From the NCBI GenBank assembly GCA_029881675.1, contig JAOUMD010000002.1, positions 10,228 to 74,227 on the forward strand: 64,000 nt of DNA, in the 5' to 3' direction. The first letter of the stretch is position 1. The number at the start of each line of letters is the position of its first letter. The DNA comes from Minisyncoccota bacterium. Lineage in GTDB: Bacteria > Patescibacteriota > Microgenomatia > UBA1400 > PJMF01. Below, piece after piece: positions 9,698-20,077 of the stretch. The translations under genes and the position numbers were made by a program. Below the pieces are notes generated by a model, which saw nothing but the letters and a program-made list of their open reading frames with translations, did not search any database and was not told the origin of the DNA.

Positions 9698-10048
9698 CTA
9701 TTTCTCTCCAGAACAAGGAGTAAACTCACAATTAGGTCCAGTTCTGCCTACAAATGAACCATCCGGACATTCTCTAGCTTCCATGGTACAGGCAACACCC
9801 TCTCCTCCTTGTGGGGGAAGTATTTCTCTAGGTTGTCCAGGAATATTGTTGACAAAATTCTTTCCATCAGGAGTATTACATTGTTCTGGATAGATTTCTA
9901 AAATAGGGTAGCCAGCAGCAGCACATTCTTCAAAGCTATTAATGTCTGCAATTGAAGCGCTTTTTGTCTTAAATAGAGAATATGAGAGTATCCCAATGAT
10001 GATAATTAAAAAGGTAATGATGAGCCAAAGAAGTTTGGGGTTTTTCAT
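9698..10048 (-). CDS. membrane-anchored protein with small disulfide-rich domains
   Basis: N-terminal TM; SFEECAAAGYP...C and CTMEARECPDG...C...C modules. Confidence 0.75.
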   Translation of the reverse strand: MKNPKLLWLIITFLIIIIGILSYSLFKTKSASIADINSFEECAAAGYPILEIYPEQCNTPDGKNFVNNIPGQPREILPPQGGEGVACTMEARECPDGSFVGRTGPNCEFTPCSGEK

Positions 10049-10104
10049 ATTATATTAGATTATAAACTAAATATTATTATATTTTTTATCTCATAAAATG
10101 ACAA

Positions 10105-10129
10105 AGAGACAGGTGGGATGCCTGTCTCT
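10105..10129 (-). terminator. hairpin downstream of 10153..10500
   Basis: AGAGACAGG/CCTGTCTCT inverted repeat. Confidence 0.55.
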
Positions 10130-10152
10130 GTCTGTGTTACTGAGTATGTGTG

Positions 10153-10500
10153 TTAGGCGGCTTGATCGAAAACGAAAACGACTCCCTCATTGATGTCATC
10201 AAGTTCTTCGTCGTAGTCATCATCTTCAATAACGGCGTTTATCAGGTCTTCAAAGATGCTTTGCGCTCTGTCAGCAGTAGGAGGTTGTCCTATGTCTGCC
10301 AGTGAGTCTACAGCAAAGTCTACATCTTCTGAATCCCAACTTATACCAGTTATTGAATCTTCATCTTCGATCTGACGGATGTCATAAGCAAGGCTGAAGT
10401 ATTCACTTAAATCAACATCTTGCCATTTTCCACCTACCAGTTCTTGTACTGCCACAGGTTCACCATTTTCTAAGATGGCATGTAAAATCCGTGATTTCAC
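10153..10500 (-). CDS. acidic hypothetical protein
   Basis: GTG start with AAGGAG SD; D/E-rich. Confidence 0.6.
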   Translation of the reverse strand: MKSRILHAILENGEPVAVQELVGGKWQDVDLSEYFSLAYDIRQIEDEDSITGISWDSEDVDFAVDSLADIGQPPTADRAQSIFEDLINAVIEDDDYDEELDDINEGVVFVFDQAA

Positions 10501-10701
10501 AGGTAAAGCTCCTTTTACTCAGATTGTTAAGAAGTTACCCAATATTTGGATAACAGGGGAGTATTTTATCATTATTGGATTTAAATATCCATATATAATT
10601 GATTATAAGACTAGGGGAGAGTATAATCACCTCTGGTTTGAGCATAATGCTCAGTTGTTTAACATACTAATCAAAGTCCATTAACCTTATAGGAGGTAAT
10701 T

Positions 10702-11766
10702 ATGGCAAGCGTGACGAGACAAGAGTTTGAAGCAATGGTGGCAGAAGTGTTCAGTGATTATAAAGAATCTGAGAGATATAAAACTCCACTGTTATATCTT
10801 TACCCTGAACTTGATTTGAGTGGTCTTGATTTATCTGGAATGGAGTTGCACTGTCTTAATTTTGATGGGGTTAACTTTACTGATACAAATCTCTCACAGT
10901 GCAATCTTTATGGTACTTCGTTTTATGGAGCTATTTTGCATAGAGCGGTACTAAGAGATGTTCAAGTAAGAGCAGGAAACTTAAGTAAGGATTGGCGAGG
11001 AGCTGACTTTACAGGTGCTGATCTTACAGGAATGAGGTTAAGTGAGGTCTCGTTCAATGGTTACTATTCAAGTTCCAGGGAGAAGGTTCCTTTGGAAAAC
11101 ACTAACAAACATCTAAGAAGGTTATATAGGGGTAGTGAACTTGTAGTAAAGTTTGATCAAGCTATTCTGGTAGATACAGACTTAAGATGGATGCATCTTG
11201 AAGGAGTTAGTTTTGTTGGAGCTAATTTAACTCGTACAAAGTTGAGTTACTCTTTTTTCAATGGTGCTAACATGCAAAGAGCTATACTCAAAGGTGCCAA
11301 CATTGAAGATGTTGATTTTACTGGTGCTAACCTAAGCCATGCAAACATGAATGGAGCCAGCATCGATAACTTTACCAAGTTTATTGATGTTGATCTCACT
11401 GGTGCAATTCTTATCAACGTTAACTCTGAACAGTCAGATAATAATCCTGAAATGTGGGCTTCAAAAATGGGACCGGTTATCATGATTAATGCTAACTGTA
11501 CTGGTGCAGACATGAGAGGAATTTCTTTTTCTCATGTTATTAGTAAAGTTAACTTTACCAATGCAGATTTGGCACGTACAAACTTTTCAGAAATTAGCTT
11601 GAGCAATTGTGATTTCACAGGCTCAAATCTCTGTGGAGCAGATGTATCTAGCTTTATTGAGAGGGGGAAGGATCTTATCCTCATAGGAGCTAAGTTTGAC
11701 AGTGCTACAAAGCAACCAGATGGCTGGTTCTGGACTCGCAAGAACAAGATGATACGAGTGGATTAA
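10702..11766 (+). CDS. pentapeptide repeat protein
   Basis: many A(D/N)(L/F)xx repeats; AGGAGG SD. Confidence 0.9.
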   Translation: MASVTRQEFEAMVAEVFSDYKESERYKTPLLYLYPELDLSGLDLSGMELHCLNFDGVNFTDTNLSQCNLYGTSFYGAILHRAVLRDVQVRAGNLSKDWRGADFTGADLTGMRLSEVSFNGYYSSSREKVPLENTNKHLRRLYRGSELVVKFDQAILVDTDLRWMHLEGVSFVGANLTRTKLSYSFFNGANMQRAILKGANIEDVDFTGANLSHANMNGASIDNFTKFIDVDLTGAILINVNSEQSDNNPEMWASKMGPVIMINANCTGADMRGISFSHVISKVNFTNADLARTNFSEISLSNCDFTGSNLCGADVSSFIERGKDLILIGAKFDSATKQPDGWFWTRKNKMIRVD

Positions 11767-11796
11767 GGCTAAACAACAACAAACCAATAACAACAG

Positions 11797-11823
11797 AACC
11801 CAGTCTACATAGGCTGGGTTTTT
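11797..11823 (+). terminator. intrinsic terminator
   Basis: AACCCAGTCTA-CA-TAGGCTGGGTT plus T-run. Confidence 0.75.
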
Positions 11824-11882
11824 AGTACCTACTACTGTGTATAATGCTAAATATTGTCTAATAAGTAGAGAAGTAATAAATA

Positions 11883-12353
11883 ATGACAGAACCAAACAAC
11901 CAATCAACACAACACAACCCAGTCGGAAGATTTATGGTAGCAGTAGGAGCTATTATTGAGTTAGAAGGTACTGGAAAGATCCTGCTTAATAAAAGAAGTT
12001 CTAAGTTAGATTGGCATCCTAATGAATGGGAGATTATGTATGGCAGAATTGATCAACATGAGGGTCCTGTGAATGGATTAAAAAGAGAAATAAGAGAAGA
12101 AACAGGACTAACTGATATTAAAGTAGGGGAAGTACTGAGAGTCTGGCATATCTATAGAGGACAAGAAGAGAGTGCACAAAATGAGTTAATAGGTATTACT
12201 TATCATGTTACTACCAAGCAAGAAGAAGTTACTATCTCTGATGAACATGATGAGTTTGGTTGGTTTGAACCTGAAGAAGCAATGAAGATGATTAATATTG
12301 AGGGGATTAGGGTTGATGTTGAGGGTTATGTGAATAGGGTGGGTAATAAATGA
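11883..12353 (+). CDS. NUDIX hydrolase
   Basis: GRIDQHE...LKREIREETGL Nudix box. Confidence 0.88.
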   Translation: MTEPNNQSTQHNPVGRFMVAVGAIIELEGTGKILLNKRSSKLDWHPNEWEIMYGRIDQHEGPVNGLKREIREETGLTDIKVGEVLRVWHIYRGQEESAQNELIGITYHVTTKQEEVTISDEHDEFGWFEPEEAMKMINIEGIRVDVEGYVNRVGNK

Positions 12354-12376
12354 ACTTCTTGATATAATTCCCCCAT

Positions 12377-13474
12377 ATGTCTTTATCTATCGGAATCGTT
12401 GGCTTACCTAATGTAGGTAAATCAACCCTCTTTAACGCTCTACTTAAACAACAAGCTGCTTTAGCTGCTAATTACCCTTTTGCTACCATTGAACCTAATG
12501 TTGGTATTGTTCCTGTCCCAGATGACAGACTAGAGAAACTCGCTGAGATTGCTGGTACTAATGTAATTAAACCTGCCACTGTAGAGTTTGTAGATATTGC
12601 AGGTCTTGTAAAGGGTGCTGCAAGTGGTGAGGGACTAGGAAACAAGTTCCTAGCTAATATTAGAGAAGCAAATGCGATTGTTCATGTATTACGTGCTTTT
12701 GAAGATGACGACATTATCAGAGAAGGTTCAAAGAACCCTACTGAAGATCTAGCTATTATCCGTACAGAATTACAACTAGCTGATCTAGCTACAATGGAAA
12801 GACAAAAAGCTCCAAAAGGCAAGATTACTACAGAAGATTCCTTACGTTGGGAAGTTGTTCAACTGTTCAGAGAGAGATTAGATGGGGGAGAGAATATAAG
12901 GAATAGTAAGGTGGCTGATCTTAGTGAAGATGAGGCAAGGATTGCTCAGGAATTTGGCTTAATTACAGCCAAGAGAGAGTTATTTGTTCTGAATGTCTCT
13001 GAAGAAACATTACTTAGTGAGTCAATTGGAGTTTTAACAAAGAAGTATAGTGAAGAATTAGATGTCCCAATGGATAGTGTCATTGTGATGTGTAACAAGA
13101 TTGAAAGTGAGCTATCTAGCCTAGGTGATGAAGATGCTGCACTATATCTAGGGGAGTTAGGCTTAACTGAGAGTGGTTTAGGTAGATTAATTAAGTCTGC
13201 TTACTCTGTTCTTGGTCTACAAAGCTATTTAACTGTTGGTGAGATTGAAGTTAGAGCTTGGACTGTCAGAAAAGGAGCTCTTGCTCCAGAAGCAGCGGGT
13301 GTTATTCATACTGATTTTGAAAAGAAATTTATCAAGGCAAAAGTAACCAGCTACGAAGACTTTATTGCTAATGATGGATGGAAGGGTGTCAAAGAAAATG
13401 GAAAATTAAGATTAGAGGGTAGGGATTATGTGATGCAAGAGGGTGATATTGTTGAATTTATGATTGGTGGTTAG
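12377..13474 (+). CDS. ychF: redox-regulated ATPase YchF
   Basis: GIVGLPNVGKST, YPFATIEPN, DIAGLV, C-terminal TGS domain. Confidence 0.96.
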   Translation: MSLSIGIVGLPNVGKSTLFNALLKQQAALAANYPFATIEPNVGIVPVPDDRLEKLAEIAGTNVIKPATVEFVDIAGLVKGAASGEGLGNKFLANIREANAIVHVLRAFEDDDIIREGSKNPTEDLAIIRTELQLADLATMERQKAPKGKITTEDSLRWEVVQLFRERLDGGENIRNSKVADLSEDEARIAQEFGLITAKRELFVLNVSEETLLSESIGVLTKKYSEELDVPMDSVIVMCNKIESELSSLGDEDAALYLGELGLTESGLGRLIKSAYSVLGLQSYLTVGEIEVRAWTVRKGALAPEAAGVIHTDFEKKFIKAKVTSYEDFIANDGWKGVKENGKLRLEGRDYVMQEGDIVEFMIGG

Positions 13475-13546
13475 GGACAAAATAGAGCCATTCTTTCCTT
13501 AACTATTTGTTATTCTATGATATAATCCATGTCTAATATAAATTAA

Positions 13547-13594
13547 ACTTGCTCATTCAGGCATTTGCTTGAAAACCAACGCTTAAGGGCAAGT
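13547..13594 (+). promoter_or_regulatory. candidate structured 5' leader of rpsF-ssb-rpsR
   Basis: ACTTGCTC...GGGCAAGT outer stem enclosing a TTCAGGC/GCTTGAA hairpin, downstream of TG-A-TATAAT. Confidence 0.4.
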
Positions 13595-13613
13595 AATAAA
13601 GGAATAAGCACCT

Positions 13614-13979
13614 ATGATGAAACTCATCGCGGATAATACCGTTAAAACTTACGAGTTTACTTACCTGCTTCCTGAATTTTTAACTACTGCAGAAGTCGCA
13701 AAGGCTACTGAAGAAGTTGAAAAATTAGTTAAGAAACATAAAGGAAAAATTGTTTCTACAGAAGACTGGGGTAAGAAAAACTTATCTTACAAAGTTGTAA
13801 AAGGTGGTAAAAAACATGCTGATGCACTTTTTACTCACATGATCTTAGAATTCGAACCAAAAAACGTTCAAAACTTTGAAAAAGGAGTATACCTTAACGA
13901 AGGTATCCTTAGACATTTACTTGTTGTAGCAGAAAAAGAAACAAAAAGCAGACTTACAAAGAAGGAAGACAAAGAATAG
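13614..13979 (+). CDS. rpsF: 30S ribosomal protein S6
   Basis: YEFTYLL...EDWGKKNLSY...ILRHL; rpsF-ssb-rpsR synteny. Confidence 0.9.
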   Translation: MMKLIADNTVKTYEFTYLLPEFLTTAEVAKATEEVEKLVKKHKGKIVSTEDWGKKNLSYKVVKGGKKHADALFTHMILEFEPKNVQNFEKGVYLNEGILRHLLVVAEKETKSRLTKKEDKE

Positions 13980-14080
13980 TCTAAGATTATTGTCAGAATT
14001 GTGGTTTAATATGGGCACAGTTATAAATAGAGCCTTAAGATAAAGGCCAAGACCCACTCATAAGGGTACGAAAGGAAGAT

Positions 14081-14515
14081 ATGTCATCAAGATCACTCAA
14101 TAGAGTCACTTTGATTGGAAATTTAACAAGAGATCCGAATCTCAGATACACTCCAAGTGGAGCATCAGTCTGTTCATTCGGTGTTGCTACTAACAGAAGC
14201 TGGACTCCAGCTGACGGAGGTGAAAAGCAAGAAAAAGCTGAATTCCATAATATTGTTTCCTGGGGAAAACTAGCTGATATCTGTGGTCAATTACTACATT
14301 CTGGAGATAAAGTATATTTAGAAGGAAGAATCCAAACAAGAGACTGGAAGACTGATGATGGTCAAGACAGAAGAATCACTGAAATCGTAATTGAAAACAT
14401 GATTCTTTTAAACTCAAGATCAGGCGGTTCAACAGCAGGCACAAGCCCTAAAAACGCTCCAATGCCAGAAGAAGGCCCTTCAGACGAAGATGTCTCTGAC
14501 GAGATTCCGTTTTAA
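14081..14515 (+). CDS. ssb: single-stranded DNA-binding protein
   Basis: LNRVTLIGNLTRDP, C-terminal DEIPF. Confidence 0.96.
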   Translation: MSSRSLNRVTLIGNLTRDPNLRYTPSGASVCSFGVATNRSWTPADGGEKQEKAEFHNIVSWGKLADICGQLLHSGDKVYLEGRIQTRDWKTDDGQDRRITEIVIENMILLNSRSGGSTAGTSPKNAPMPEEGPSDEDVSDEIPF

Positions 14516-14527
14516 CAAAGAAAAATT

Positions 14528-14755
14528 ATGAAACAAAGAAAAAAAAGAATTAGATTACCTAGGATCAATAAGATCTCTGAAGACCACGTGTTTTCATACA
14601 AGAGAGTTAATGAACTTAGAAGATATATTACTGAGCAAGGTTATATTTACTCAAGAAAAGTAACTAACCTAACTCAAAAACAACAAAGAAGTTTAAGAAC
14701 TGCGATTCAAAGAGCTAGAGCATTAGCACTTTTACCGTTTACTCAAACTCTCTAA
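14528..14755 (+). CDS. rpsR: 30S ribosomal protein S18 (no Zn-binding Cys)
   Basis: YK...LRRYITEQG...QQRSLRTAIQRARALALLPF. Confidence 0.92.
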   Translation: MKQRKKRIRLPRINKISEDHVFSYKRVNELRRYITEQGYIYSRKVTNLTQKQQRSLRTAIQRARALALLPFTQTL

Positions 14756-14776
14756 GTTATTTTTAAAGTAAATAAG

Positions 14777-14806
14777 ATAACCCTCTGCCTAGGCAGGGGG
14801 TTATTT
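14777..14806 (+). terminator. intrinsic terminator
   Basis: ATAACCCTCTGCC-TA-GGCAGGGGGTTAT. Confidence 0.7.
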
Positions 14807-14838
14807 GATTAAAAGAAAGATGAGTTATAATAACCCCT

Positions 14839-15519
14839 ATGAAACATCAAGCAAATCAACCCCACGAGCAAGCAGAATTATCACGAGAATATCAAGATTA
14901 TCAAGTAGCTTTAGAGCTAGCTGTTGATAGTGAGTTTTCTTATGACGAAGCTGGTGACGTTATCGGTCTTAGTGAAGTTCAAGCTTCTAAGGCTCTTACT
15001 TACAGACAATTATTTAAAGCAAGCAAGACAGGTTACTTCCTAGTTCTTGCAAAACATGCTGCTTTGGCTGCTGTCGAGATTGCAAATAATTCTGGTATCA
15101 AAGAAGCGATGGCAATTCCAGTATTTAATTTAGCAAAAGTCTATGAAGAGATTGGGGAAATAGACCAAGCCATTAAACTATATGAAGAATCATTAAAACA
15201 CATTACAGAGAATCCACCAATTCACCATGATAGGGAGGCAGTGAGACTAGACTTTAAAGCTCATTTATTAATTGCTCGTTTAAGAAAAGGAGAAACAGGT
15301 TTAGAAGAAGATATTGTTGAAGTATTAAATAAAATTGAAGCTGATGACAAAGAGTCTAAATACAATAAGAATGTTTGGGTTTCTGGAGGATATCTTAAAT
15401 TAGCAGAAATTTTAAAAGAGTTTAAATACCTAGATATCGCAAGAAAAATTATTGAGTCAGATGAACGATTAGAGCTTAGAAATATCGAGTGGCAAGAGTT
15501 GTCAAATGAGTTAGAATAG
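14839..15519 (+). CDS. TPR-like helical protein
   Basis: FNLAKVYEEIGEIDQAIKLYEESL TPR pattern. Confidence 0.7.
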   Translation: MKHQANQPHEQAELSREYQDYQVALELAVDSEFSYDEAGDVIGLSEVQASKALTYRQLFKASKTGYFLVLAKHAALAAVEIANNSGIKEAMAIPVFNLAKVYEEIGEIDQAIKLYEESLKHITENPPIHHDREAVRLDFKAHLLIARLRKGETGLEEDIVEVLNKIEADDKESKYNKNVWVSGGYLKLAEILKEFKYLDIARKIIESDERLELRNIEWQELSNELE

Positions 15520-15526
15520 ATAATCG

Positions 15527-16774
15527 ATGAAAAAATTCAAACTTACTTTCAATATATTAAGAAATGTTACCGTTATCTTCTTAGTCCTTATTTTAGGAGT
15601 AGTAATAGGAACAAAATATGGAGATAAGTTATCATTTATTAACCCTCAAACTAATAAATTTGAATTTAATGTAACAAATATTGCAGCCCCTGAAGAAAAT
15701 AAGGATGTAGATTTTTCCCAATTTTGGGAAGTATGGGGTATATTAGCTCAAGACTTTATTGATCAAGATAAGCTTATAGATGAAAAGATGGTAGATGGTG
15801 CAATTTCTGGAATGACAGCCTCACTTGGGGACCCTTACACAATGTATTTACCACCAGAAGATGATAAAAGAGCTGCAGAATCACTAGCAGGTGCATTTTA
15901 TGGTGTTGGTATTGAACTTGGATATATAAATAAAACTGTTGCAGTTATAGCTCCACTTAAAGGAATGCCAGCAGAACTTGCTGGAGTTCAAGCAGGTGAC
16001 TTAATCATTCATGTCAAAGATGAGTTATCTGGATTAGATGAAGACACTACTGAATGGACTCTTCAAGATGCTGTAAATAATATTAGAGGTGAGCGAGGAA
16101 CTACTGTAACTCTTACTTTACTTACTCCAGAAGCAAATTCACAACCAAAAGAGATTGATATTGTTAGAGATCAAATCCTTATCCCATCTGTTGAACTATC
16201 ATTTGTAGAGCATGATGGTAAAAAAGTTGGTCTAATTACACTCTCTAGATTTGGAGAAAGAACTGGTAAAGAATGGGATGATGCTGTCAGTGAAATTCTT
16301 GCACAACAATCTAGTTTGTCTGGTATCTTACTTGATATGAGAAATAATCCAGGTGGATTCTTTGATGGAGCAATCGATGTTGCTAGTGAGTTTATCGACA
16401 ACGATGTAGTTGTCTCACAGCAAGGTAAATTTACAAATCATGATTATAAATCTGAAGGTGTCGCTAGACTAAAAAATATTCCATTAATGGTCCTAGTCAA
16501 TAGAGGTAGTGCTTCTGCCTCAGAAATTGTTGCTGGTGCGCTTCGTGATGATTTAGGGATAAAACTAATCGGTGAAAAAACCTTTGGAAAAGGTACAGTT
16601 CAAGATAGAAGAGAACTAGAAAATGGGGGTGGATTACATGTTACCGTAGCAAAATGGGTTTTACCTGGCGGTAGTTGGATTCACAAAGAAGGTCTTGAAG
16701 TAGATGTTGAGGTAAAAGACGATAGTGCTACCCAGGAAGATGAAGTAGTCTTTAGGGCAATTGAAGTACTTTAA
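15527..16774 (+). CDS. C-terminal processing peptidase, S41 family (CtpA-like)
   Basis: PDZ domain, LDMRNNPGG, SASASEI, GEKTFGKG. Confidence 0.93.
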   Translation: MKKFKLTFNILRNVTVIFLVLILGVVIGTKYGDKLSFINPQTNKFEFNVTNIAAPEENKDVDFSQFWEVWGILAQDFIDQDKLIDEKMVDGAISGMTASLGDPYTMYLPPEDDKRAAESLAGAFYGVGIELGYINKTVAVIAPLKGMPAELAGVQAGDLIIHVKDELSGLDEDTTEWTLQDAVNNIRGERGTTVTLTLLTPEANSQPKEIDIVRDQILIPSVELSFVEHDGKKVGLITLSRFGERTGKEWDDAVSEILAQQSSLSGILLDMRNNPGGFFDGAIDVASEFIDNDVVVSQQGKFTNHDYKSEGVARLKNIPLMVLVNRGSASASEIVAGALRDDLGIKLIGEKTFGKGTVQDRRELENGGGLHVTVAKWVLPGGSWIHKEGLEVDVEVKDDSATQEDEVVFRAIEVL

Positions 16775-16775
16775 A

Positions 16776-17720
16776 TTACTCTTCAGGGTTTTCGATCAAC
16801 TGTTTTGTTTCACTAATCACTTTAAATAAGTCACCTTCTAAAATATTAGGTAGGTTATGCCATGATTGTTTGACTCTATGATCTGTAACTCTGCTTTGAG
16901 GGAAATTAAATGTTCTAATCTTCTCTGATCTCATATTACGACCGATGGCACTACGTGCATCACCAATCTTTTTTGCTTTTTCTTCTTCCTGAATTTCCCA
17001 AAGTTGAGAACGAAGTAATTCTAAGGCAATTTGTCTATTTTGGACTTGTTTTCTTTCTTGTCTGGCACTAACTTGAATACCAGTTGGTTTATGAGTTAAT
17101 CTGACAGCACTACTAGTCTTGTTTACACTTTGACCACCAGCTCCACCAGCTCTAATAAATTGCCATTCTAAGTCTTCATCTCTAATTTCTACAGCACTGG
17201 AATGAACTTCTGGTAATACGGCAATAGAAGCTGTAGAAGTATGGATTCTACCTTGTGACTCTGTGGCAGGAACACGTTGGACACGATGAACTCCTGATTC
17301 ATATTTAAAAGTAGAGTAGGCAGTAGGGCAAAGTTCATTGAACTCATCATTATCTGATCTTGTTTTTCCTTTTACCTTAAAGATCATGTCATCAATATGT
17401 TCTACTTTGAAACCTACAGTTTCAATAAAACGAAGATACATTCTTTTTAAATCTTCAGCCCAAAGCTTAGCTTCATCACCACCAGCACCACCTCTGATTT
17501 CAAAGATACAGTTTGTAGCTTCAACACCTTCTTGTGGTTCATCAGATTGAGCTGATTCCAAGTCACTAGCAGCTTTTTCTAAAGATTCTTTTTGTATTTT
17601 GAGTTTCTCAATTTCAGCTTTTGCTAATTCACCAAGTTCAACGTCAGAAAGTAGAGCCTCATTTTCTTCAATTTGGCTTTGTAACTGATTGATTTGGTCT
17701 TGGTAAGGATTAAAACTCAT
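16776..17720 (-). CDS. prfA: peptide chain release factor 1
   Basis: ESGVHRVQRVPAT (PxT), GGQ, RSEKIRTFNFPQ. Confidence 0.93.
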   Translation of the reverse strand: MSFNPYQDQINQLQSQIEENEALLSDVELGELAKAEIEKLKIQKESLEKAASDLESAQSDEPQEGVEATNCIFEIRGGAGGDEAKLWAEDLKRMYLRFIETVGFKVEHIDDMIFKVKGKTRSDNDEFNELCPTAYSTFKYESGVHRVQRVPATESQGRIHTSTASIAVLPEVHSSAVEIRDEDLEWQFIRAGGAGGQSVNKTSSAVRLTHKPTGIQVSARQERKQVQNRQIALELLRSQLWEIQEEEKAKKIGDARSAIGRNMRSEKIRTFNFPQSRVTDHRVKQSWHNLPNILEGDLFKVISETKQLIENPEE

Positions 17721-17784
17721 AATTGATTCGATAATTCTGATGTCACAGAGACAACATAACTTTGATTATACCTTAGGGAGTTAA

Positions 17785-18156
17785 CTAAGCTGAAACTTCT
17801 TTAGATTCTTTAGCTTCTTGTTTTTCTTCAATTTTTAAAGAGACTTTTTGGTCAGCTAAAACTTGTTGGTAAGATTTTTCTTCACCAACTGGTTTTTCAG
17901 TAGTTGCAACTGCAGCTTGTGCAGCCTTAGCAGATTGTTCTGCTTGCTTCTTTTTTGCAGCAGCCATTTTCTTCATAAATTTCTCGACACGACCTTGTGT
18001 ATCAACAAATTTTTCTTCACCAGTGAAGAATGGGTGACATTTACTACAGATATCTACGCTAAGAGCTGTATCAGATGAACCAGTGGTAAAAGTTTCACCA
18101 CAAGCACAAGTAATTACTGCTTCATTATTCCAATTTGGATGTAAGTTTTTTTTCAT
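17785..18156 (-). CDS. rpmE: 50S ribosomal protein L31 (Zn-binding type) with C-terminal extension
   Basis: MKKNLHP...CACG...[10 protein letters not shown]...GRVEKF. Confidence 0.95.
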   Translation of the reverse strand: MKKNLHPNWNNEAVITCACGETFTTGSSDTALSVDICSKCHPFFTGEEKFVDTQGRVEKFMKKMAAAKKKQAEQSAKAAQAAVATTEKPVGEEKSYQQVLADQKVSLKIEEKQEAKESKEVSA

Positions 18157-18299
18157 ATTTTTCTTCTTTCGCTCTTGCTAGTTTACAAGTGCTACTACTA
18201 GAGGAGGAATTATAACACAAGAGGACTGAAATCGTAAGAGAAAGGAGTGTTATTGGTTGTGATATAGTTTTATTAATTGATATTAATTATTTAAATAAT

Positions 18300-18656
18300 A
18301 TGGCTAGAAGAAGTACTTTGGCAGAGAGAAGTGGCAGTGAGAAAGTTATGGCACCGACACGAGTAAAAGAAGAGCTGGGTAGAGGTTCTATGTATAGAGT
18401 CCAAAGAAAAGGTCATCAAGGAAATGGTTATCCAGACACTACCCAATGGAAAGGAGCTCCAGATTCATATGGTAAAGAAACACCCGATGCTAGAGAACAA
18501 GCTTATGCAACTTTAGAGAGTAGGAAAAGACCTATTCCTAAGGCTGCGGTGATGGATTTTGAACAAAGAGAAGGACTATCTCCGACAAGAATAGCCAAGT
18601 TAATACAAGAAAACAGAATTATTTTTAGAGGTGGGAAGTTAGAAGAGGTTCGTTAA
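18300..18656 (+). CDS. hypothetical protein
   Basis: ORF only. Confidence 0.5.
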   Translation: MARRSTLAERSGSEKVMAPTRVKEELGRGSMYRVQRKGHQGNGYPDTTQWKGAPDSYGKETPDAREQAYATLESRKRPIPKAAVMDFEQREGLSPTRIAKLIQENRIIFRGGKLEEVR

Positions 18657-19012
18657 TCTTTATTAAAGTATTCTCTATCTAATCTTTCCTCAACTTCATC
18701 ACCGACTGGATCGTCCCCAGGCTGGTCAATTCTATATCCCAGTGGGTCAGTTCCAGTGTCATTTAATTTACGTGGACATGTGTCTCCATCAAAATGTTTT
18801 CCTTCCCCTTGATGAGCATATTCATGAGGATCAGAATCTTCTTTTTTTTCGTCTTCTTCTGTTTTAACCCAATCTCCATAAACTTCAACTTGTTTACCTG
18901 CTTCTTTTCCAGGGATACCTCTATCCATGTCTAAATTTGCCCCAGATAAATATTCTTCCCAAGCTGCTGGATCATCTGTTTCTGGTGGATTTGCTCTTGG
19001 TTTTTCTCCCAT
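18653..19012 (-). CDS. acidic hypothetical protein
   Basis: ORF coupled to the EamA gene. Confidence 0.55.
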   Translation of the reverse strand: MGEKPRANPPETDDPAAWEEYLSGANLDMDRGIPGKEAGKQVEVYGDWVKTEEDEKKEDSDPHEYAHQGEGKHFDGDTCPRKLNDTGTDPLGYRIDQPGDDPVGDEVEERLDREYFNKD

Positions 19013-19013
19013 A

Positions 19014-19961
19014 TTATTTCTTTCTTTTTACTCTTCTTTCCGCAATAAATACTCCTATAAAGATTACTAATAAAGACATCACTTGTACAGTATTTATTTT
19101 TTCTCCAAGTAAGATAAATCCTAATGGAATATAGACTAATGGTTGGAGATACCAGAATAAACTGGCTTCTGATGCTTCGATACCTTCTTGACCTTTAATA
19201 TATGCAGTTAGACCAATGATTGAACCAAAGACTGCCATATAGAAAGCAGGCCAGAGCACTGAAATATTACTTAATTCTGTACTGATAAATGGAATAAGTG
19301 AAAGAGGATTGAAACTTCCAATTTCAAATAAGCTTAAAGAAGCAAATATAACTAAGCTAATGTAAAAACTGATACTACTAACTAATAACTTTGGGATACC
19401 CTGGTATGTCTTCTTTGCTAATGGGAAATAAAAGAGGTTAAGAACGTTATGGAGTAATATTAAGAGGTTTCCCCAAATAGAAAATTTTCCAAACTGGCCA
19501 TTTAAAGCAAAAATAGGGGCTAAAGTTAGAATAATGGTTCCAAAGAAGGCAATAATTAATCCGAGCCATTCATGACGTTCTTGTTTTTCTTTTAATAAAA
19601 TAATCCCACCTAAAGTAACAAAAATAGGAACTGTAGTAGTTAAAAGATTTGCTTCAAGTGCAGAGGTGAGTTTTAAACCAGAGTAGAGGACTGCTAGAGC
19701 AAGTCCACTACCAATTGTTTCAAGGAGAATAATATTTTTTAAGTTAACTTTTTTTAGAACTGATTTTTTGGTTTTTTTAATTGTGAAGAATAGAATCGGT
19801 AAAGCAAAAATACCAGCAATTAAGTATCTATAAAGTAAGTATCGAAATGGAGTAGTAAACTCAAGGGCAGGTTTAATAATTACAAAGGCAGCACCCCAAA
19901 CAATAGTATTGATTAGGAGAAAAAAATAAGACTGGAATCTTGTATTTCCTTTTTTAGCCAC
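19014..19961 (-). CDS. EamA/DMT family transporter
   Basis: about 10 TM helices, IVWG, LLKEK and LLGEK repeat signature. Confidence 0.88.
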   Translation of the reverse strand: MAKKGNTRFQSYFFLLINTIVWGAAFVIIKPALEFTTPFRYLLYRYLIAGIFALPILFFTIKKTKKSVLKKVNLKNIILLETIGSGLALAVLYSGLKLTSALEANLLTTTVPIFVTLGGIILLKEKQERHEWLGLIIAFFGTIILTLAPIFALNGQFGKFSIWGNLLILLHNVLNLFYFPLAKKTYQGIPKLLVSSISFYISLVIFASLSLFEIGSFNPLSLIPFISTELSNISVLWPAFYMAVFGSIIGLTAYIKGQEGIEASEASLFWYLQPLVYIPLGFILLGEKINTVQVMSLLVIFIGVFIAERRVKRKK

Positions 19962-20077
19962 GATTTAGCTTATCATTTTTTCCTTCTGGTTTGTATCTTT
20001 GGAAAAGAAGAGAGTCTTGTTTTATGACTATAAATTTTTATATACTGCCTTAGTTAATAACTAACAGAAAGATTAAT

